A DNA stretch of 54,762 nucleotides, counting the filler, from Diploschistes diacapsis (lineage: Eukaryota), in NCBI GenBank assembly GCA_023645945.1. It is 5 parts of 5 records of this genome, joined end to end, with 100 filler letters (N's around TTAATTAATTAA, not from the genome) between each part and the next. Parts side by side here need not be neighbours in the genome. Positions count along the whole stretch, not along the records: positions 43,908 to 54,762 come from JALAIB010000880.1; 4 more parts are not named here. One strand, 5' to 3'. A program made the position numbers and the translations under genes. Positions 50,411 through 54,762 of the stretch are shown piece by piece; within the stretch, counting starts at the first letter, position 1, and each line of letters opens with the position of its first letter. The notes below the pieces were generated by a model, which was not told where the DNA came from, searched no databases, and saw only the letters and a list, made by a program, of their open reading frames with translations.

Positions 50411-51519
50411 ATTGACGACGATGTGTATGCACCGTGGGTCGTCGGTCTGAATCAGGAGCCGCAAAGCGACTTGACTGCGTACTATAGGAGGATCAATAGC
50501 CGCTTCATGGCAGTCGCAGCTGGGCAACTTTAGCTCAAAGGAATTGCAAGTTGATAAGGGGCCAAGAACAAAGGAGAGGCTGAGAAAGAAGAGGTTGACG
50601 AGGGTGGAAAAGCGGATATGGGGAGATGGTGGAGTTACGATGATGACGACTTGGGGTGAGATTCTGAGCCAGTGAGGAGCGAGTGAGGGAGTGAGACGGA
50701 AAGGGGACGCTTTTGCGACAAGAAGAGGATAGTGGGGGTAAGCTTTGATCAGCAGGGGCCCCAAGGCAGGGAAATATATAAATACTAGAGTAGAGAGGGG
50801 GGGCAGCTGGGCAGCTGGGCAGACAAAGAGAGGCAGCTTGGATTGGGGGCAGAGACGTAGAAGAGAGAGAGACAGAAAAGGGAGGGGCAGCAGTTAAGAG
50901 CACACTACTACTACTACCTACGCCCCCAGGCATCAGGGCAAGGCCACCAGGCATTAGTGCACCTGGGCCCACGAACACCACGAACACGCCCTCCCTCTGT
51001 GTCACCAAATGCAGTTCTGTAAGGGCTCTATGCAAATATAGTTTCTCCGGAAATGAGCAACTACGAAATTGCTCAATATGGACTAACTTGGTGGGATAAA
51101 GTCTCCACCAAATCTAAATCTGCACGCAATCATGGTCCAAAAGGCGCTGAGGCTTCCTGACGCCTGATTAGCTATACTGGCACGATAACCATGTCTGCAG
51201 ACTCTCTGCACACTGCACGCACTGCGGCTTAGCCTGCCTGCACTTTGCCTTTCTGCATGCTATTACTGGGTATGTATGTGTATGTAGGTACTTTGTAGTA
51301 ATATGCGTCGTTGAAACGTTGAAACGTCCACCACAGCCACGAGCAAACGCTCCCGCGTGCAGTTGTCAGAAGGCAAGCCCATCCCTTTTCGCTTTCGAGA
51401 CGTGGAGGTTCAAATGCATGCACGATGGATGCCGGCAGCAATCACAGCGATGGTGGTTTCTCTTGGCATGCTAAAATAACATACTTGCTACCACCAGATA
51501 CCAGATGATGATGATACAG

Positions 51520-51589
51520 ATTATGAATTATGAATTATGAATTATGAATTATGAATTATGAATTATGAATTATGAATTATGAATTATGA
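51520..51589. repeat. (ATTATGA)10 perfect heptamer repeat
   Basis: Ten exact tandem copies. Confidence 0.95.
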
Positions 51590-51928
51590 ATTTTATGCGA
51601 GTTATGTCATTTCCGTTGGGTAGACTGATTCGTTGAGGTACGCAAAGTCAGCTAAGTCTAACCTCATTTTGGTATGCCTCTACACCGCTCATGGCCGCAG
51701 CAGATGCAGGGCTCGCACAAAGTTATTACAAACACATGGAAACAAGAGACATGAGAAAAATATACCAAGGCCCGGTACAGGTACAGCAAGGAAGTGTTGC
51801 CTCAAGAAGGGATACTCGTCCACAAGTCCACAGTCCACAGTCCACAGTACATCTGGGGCGACCGGGAGCAGCATTAGGGACAAGTCGAGACAATGCGGTG
51901 AAAAAAAGCCTGTGTGTGCTCCTCCTTG

Positions 51929-52089
51929 GGATAGGAGATATTGGATAGGGGATATTGGATAGGGGATATTGGATAGGGGATATTGGATAGGGGATATTGG
52001 ATAGGAGATATTGGATAGGGGATATTGGATAGGAGATATTGGATAGGAGATAGGGGATAGGGGATATTGGATAGGGGATAGGGGATAGG
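51929..52089. repeat. GATA-rich minisatellite, 14-nt unit GGATAGG(G/A)GATATT built from 7-nt halves
   Basis: About 11 imperfect tandem 14-mers, decaying into GGATAGG heptamers at the 3' end. Confidence 0.93.
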
Positions 52090-53398
52090 AAAAGCCCGGA
52101 AGGTCTTTGACGGCTAATATCGGAATGTGAGAAATGCGAGTCGAGTTTTTAATGCTTCATATCCAGTGTGCCATATCCTCGCGTAGCTCCATGCTTATGC
52201 CATAAACACTGTTCAGGACCAGAAGAAGAGCATTGGTTGTCACGGTGTAGAGCGAGGATTGAGTACGCCTCATGCCTAGCAGTACAGGTTCTCTGTCGAT
52301 TCGCTTGTTGCGCTTAGATGTCCAGGAAAAGCCCTGGCCCTTGCCTCTGGGATGGCCACGTGGATGGCGAGTTTGCAACGGCAACGGCAACGTCCAAACC
52401 GGGCACAGACAATGAGAATACTGTAGGGCGCGGTGGATGGACGCTCTGCCTTCCGAAAGAATTTCCGAACTGCAGATCATTTCGAGACAGAAAAGAGCGC
52501 TGCGCTGCCTAAGTACAGGACTTTTCATGGAAAGCAAGAGGCCCCAAGGACTGGAGTAAGCATGAACCCGAGCATATGCGAGAGAGCGATTACGGGGAAT
52601 TTATGCGGGGGAGCTCTATTGGGAAAAGCATATTTCCCTGCCATTATCAATCTATGATCGTCTGTTTGGGATTGGCGACATTCATGACTGGAAGTGCTGA
52701 CCATAAGCGGTTGTAGTGCCGTCCTAGAGCAAAAGGCTATCTACCTACTACAGTCAAAAGAACAGATTTTTCATTTTTGAGGTCTGACGGCGAGTGGAAC
52801 GTCAGCGATGCTCGGTGACGCGAGCTCGACTAACCTCCAGGTGTTGTACTATGTATGTTCTGACGGTGCAGCCAAAGTTCAATACTGTTTGCCAGTTACA
52901 GCCTTCAATTGAGGTTGATCAGGTTTATTATTGGCGGCAAAGCGCTACCCGTTTCAGGCAAAAATTCCCCCACCCTTATCGAACTCACTGCCTCGACCGA
53001 CCTACTCCAAAGGGGGCAGACCGGAACTCAGCTCGCAACAATGACCTGGAGCAGATGCAGCGCAATGTGAATTGCAAGGAGATCTCGGTGCTCGCAATGT
53101 ATATACATATATACACACATACGTCCTCAACATTGTCATGGCTGTATCATGTGCATAAGGTATATGGCAATTGCCTACGGTGTCGTGAATCTTGAGCCTG
53201 TCGTTGTCTTGCCACTCTATACGAACATTGCACGAAGCTGAGCTTTTACATGCTAGCCTGTTCGACAAGCTCCCTTTTCGTACTGCCATTTCTCGCTTTC
53301 TGCGACCCTACGGCTTACTTACGCTTCGCTAATCGAGGCAGGCTGCTCGGCATTGCAAAGCGCATCTCCGCGTCGTTTCTGTTCATGGGCCGATCGCA

Positions 53399-54762
53399 AT
53401 GATGCCACTGATCGCCCATCCTGCATGGCTGCTTCTCCTTGCTCTTGTCGTTGTCGTTATTTGCTTTGCTCAGAGGCATCGTGGAAAGGGCCTCTTAACC
53501 GTCATTCACAACGCTGATTGGAAGCCGAGACTTTCGATAGTAAGAACACCCCCGAGACCGTTTTCGCCCGACAAGAAGCGTACCGAAGATGAATCCATCA
53601 TCGGGTCGGCTGGCTACAGGGACGCCTTTCCTCCCTCGAGCCGCGAGAATCTTCTCAGAGTCCTACCAGGTGTAGCTCTTGCGCCGAATCCAGTCGAAAT
53701 TCGCAAGGATCTTGCACCATTCACGTTGGACTACAGAGAGTGTGGTCCATCATTGTATACACCAACTGGCGTCTCTCTCGGCGAGATCAAGACTCTTGGG
53801 GACTTTCCAAATTATGCAGAGCTGTCCGGCGTACCGTTGCCAGATGAGTATAAAGGCTTCAGGATTGAAACGGCTCTTCCCCGGCCATATAGACCATTCC
53901 GCTGGGCGTACCATCAAACAATGTGTATGTGTCCGAGCGATGGTGAGAGTCCAAGGCTGACGCACGCAAAGCTTTGACCAAGCTAGAGAGCGACTGGTGG
54001 CTCGAGCTGGACAAGAACTACGTGCCCACCATCAAGCAGCGCCTCGACCTCTACAAGACGCACGGCAAAGCGATTCTTGACCACCTCCCGGGTAGCGAGA
54101 TAGCATGCAAGGAGATTATGGAGATGGCTCTGCAGTTCTACTGCGCCAGGCATCCACAGTACTTCAGCCTGTTGAAAGAGCCAGCCAAAGGTTACGTCTT
54201 CAGGAATGCAATACTCGAGAGCGAAACGGTCATCCGGGATCACCATCCCCTTCGTGTTCTCTTGCAAAACATCCCAGAGGATTTCGCGGTCATGCTTCGC
54301 AATCCCGCCGATGGCTACTACTATTTGCGCGCCGGCGTCATTTGCTCTGCGATTGGCTGGAACCTGGGCACGAAGATAGGGCTGCCCCTGAGGGAGATAC
54401 ACGCGCCCGTGCCAGACTACAAAGAGAAGATGGAGTTTTCGATGGACAGGTAAAAGAGGCTATTCTTCCCATTGGGTGCATCACAGTCTCTTCCGCATCC
54501 CCGTTCTATCACACACCTGCCAATTTCCACGCGCTCTTCGCAATCCTCACATCATTCTTCATTCCATTTCCCGCTCTCCGTCACCCCGACCACTCCTCAT
54601 CCTCCTCACAGCTCTTTCCCCCTTGCATACTGTCGCTCTGCGCTTCCCTCAGCCCCTCCCATCACCAAAGAAGCGAAGGCCCGGCTAACGGCCCAACCCT
54701 TCCCTCGATAGATACTTCTCCAAGCTGCCCCCCTCAACCCCCATCCAACGCGGCTCCTGGTC
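53399..54762 (+). CDS. DUF3445 / HRQ-family protein (heme-dependent oxidative N-demethylase alpha-like) with an N-terminal hydrophobic anchor, 3' truncated
   Basis: RPYRPFRWAYHQTM^SLTKLESDWWLELD, EDFAVMLRN, GWNLGTKIG..EIHAPVPDY, MDR^YFSKL..PIQRGSW. Introns at about 53924-53971 and 54450-54711. Confidence 0.85.

Noticed and set aside
50411..50764. N-terminal extension of the 567-aa ORF
   Set aside because: It starts at a non-ATG codon in pyrimidine-rich, UTR-like sequence. The ATG at 50410 is a better start.
51520..52089. Tandem arrays as a CRISPR array or telomere seed
   Set aside because: No unique spacers, no cas genes, eukaryotic context, and the units are not TTAGGG.

Overview
Filamentous-ascomycete (Pezizomycotina) nuclear DNA with short GT-AG introns and CTRAC-type branch points. 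The window is not one locus. It is five contigs (10921, 10874, 10856, 10856 and 10855 bp) joined in descending length order by artificial 100-bp N44-TTAATTAATTAA-N44 spacers. Contig 1: NHX1, MYO2 (myosin V), SER3. Contig 2: a tandem BTB/POZ gene pair (the first copy has an in-frame TAG) and a head-to-head DOA4/VPS27 pair. Contig 3: PPS1, a TYW4/PPM2-JmjC fusion, ATG18. Contig 4: PRP18, a large Ser/Thr-rich GPI-type cell-wall protein, a decayed yapsin-like aspartic protease, and a GNT1-like GT8. Contig 5: an F-box-like protein, CPA1/arg-2, a disordered protein and a DUF3445 protein. The best hidden elements, both missed by the ORF track, are a three-exon arginine attenuator peptide uORF upstream of CPA1 (MRAYTSLFTSQDYISDQVWKASVN) and a 10-nt CPA1 microexon with a GAG acceptor that supplies most of the SNGPGDP motif. 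I found no tRNA, rRNA, CRISPR array or intact transposon, and no clearly novel multi-gene system. All family assignments are from motif recognition, not database searches.
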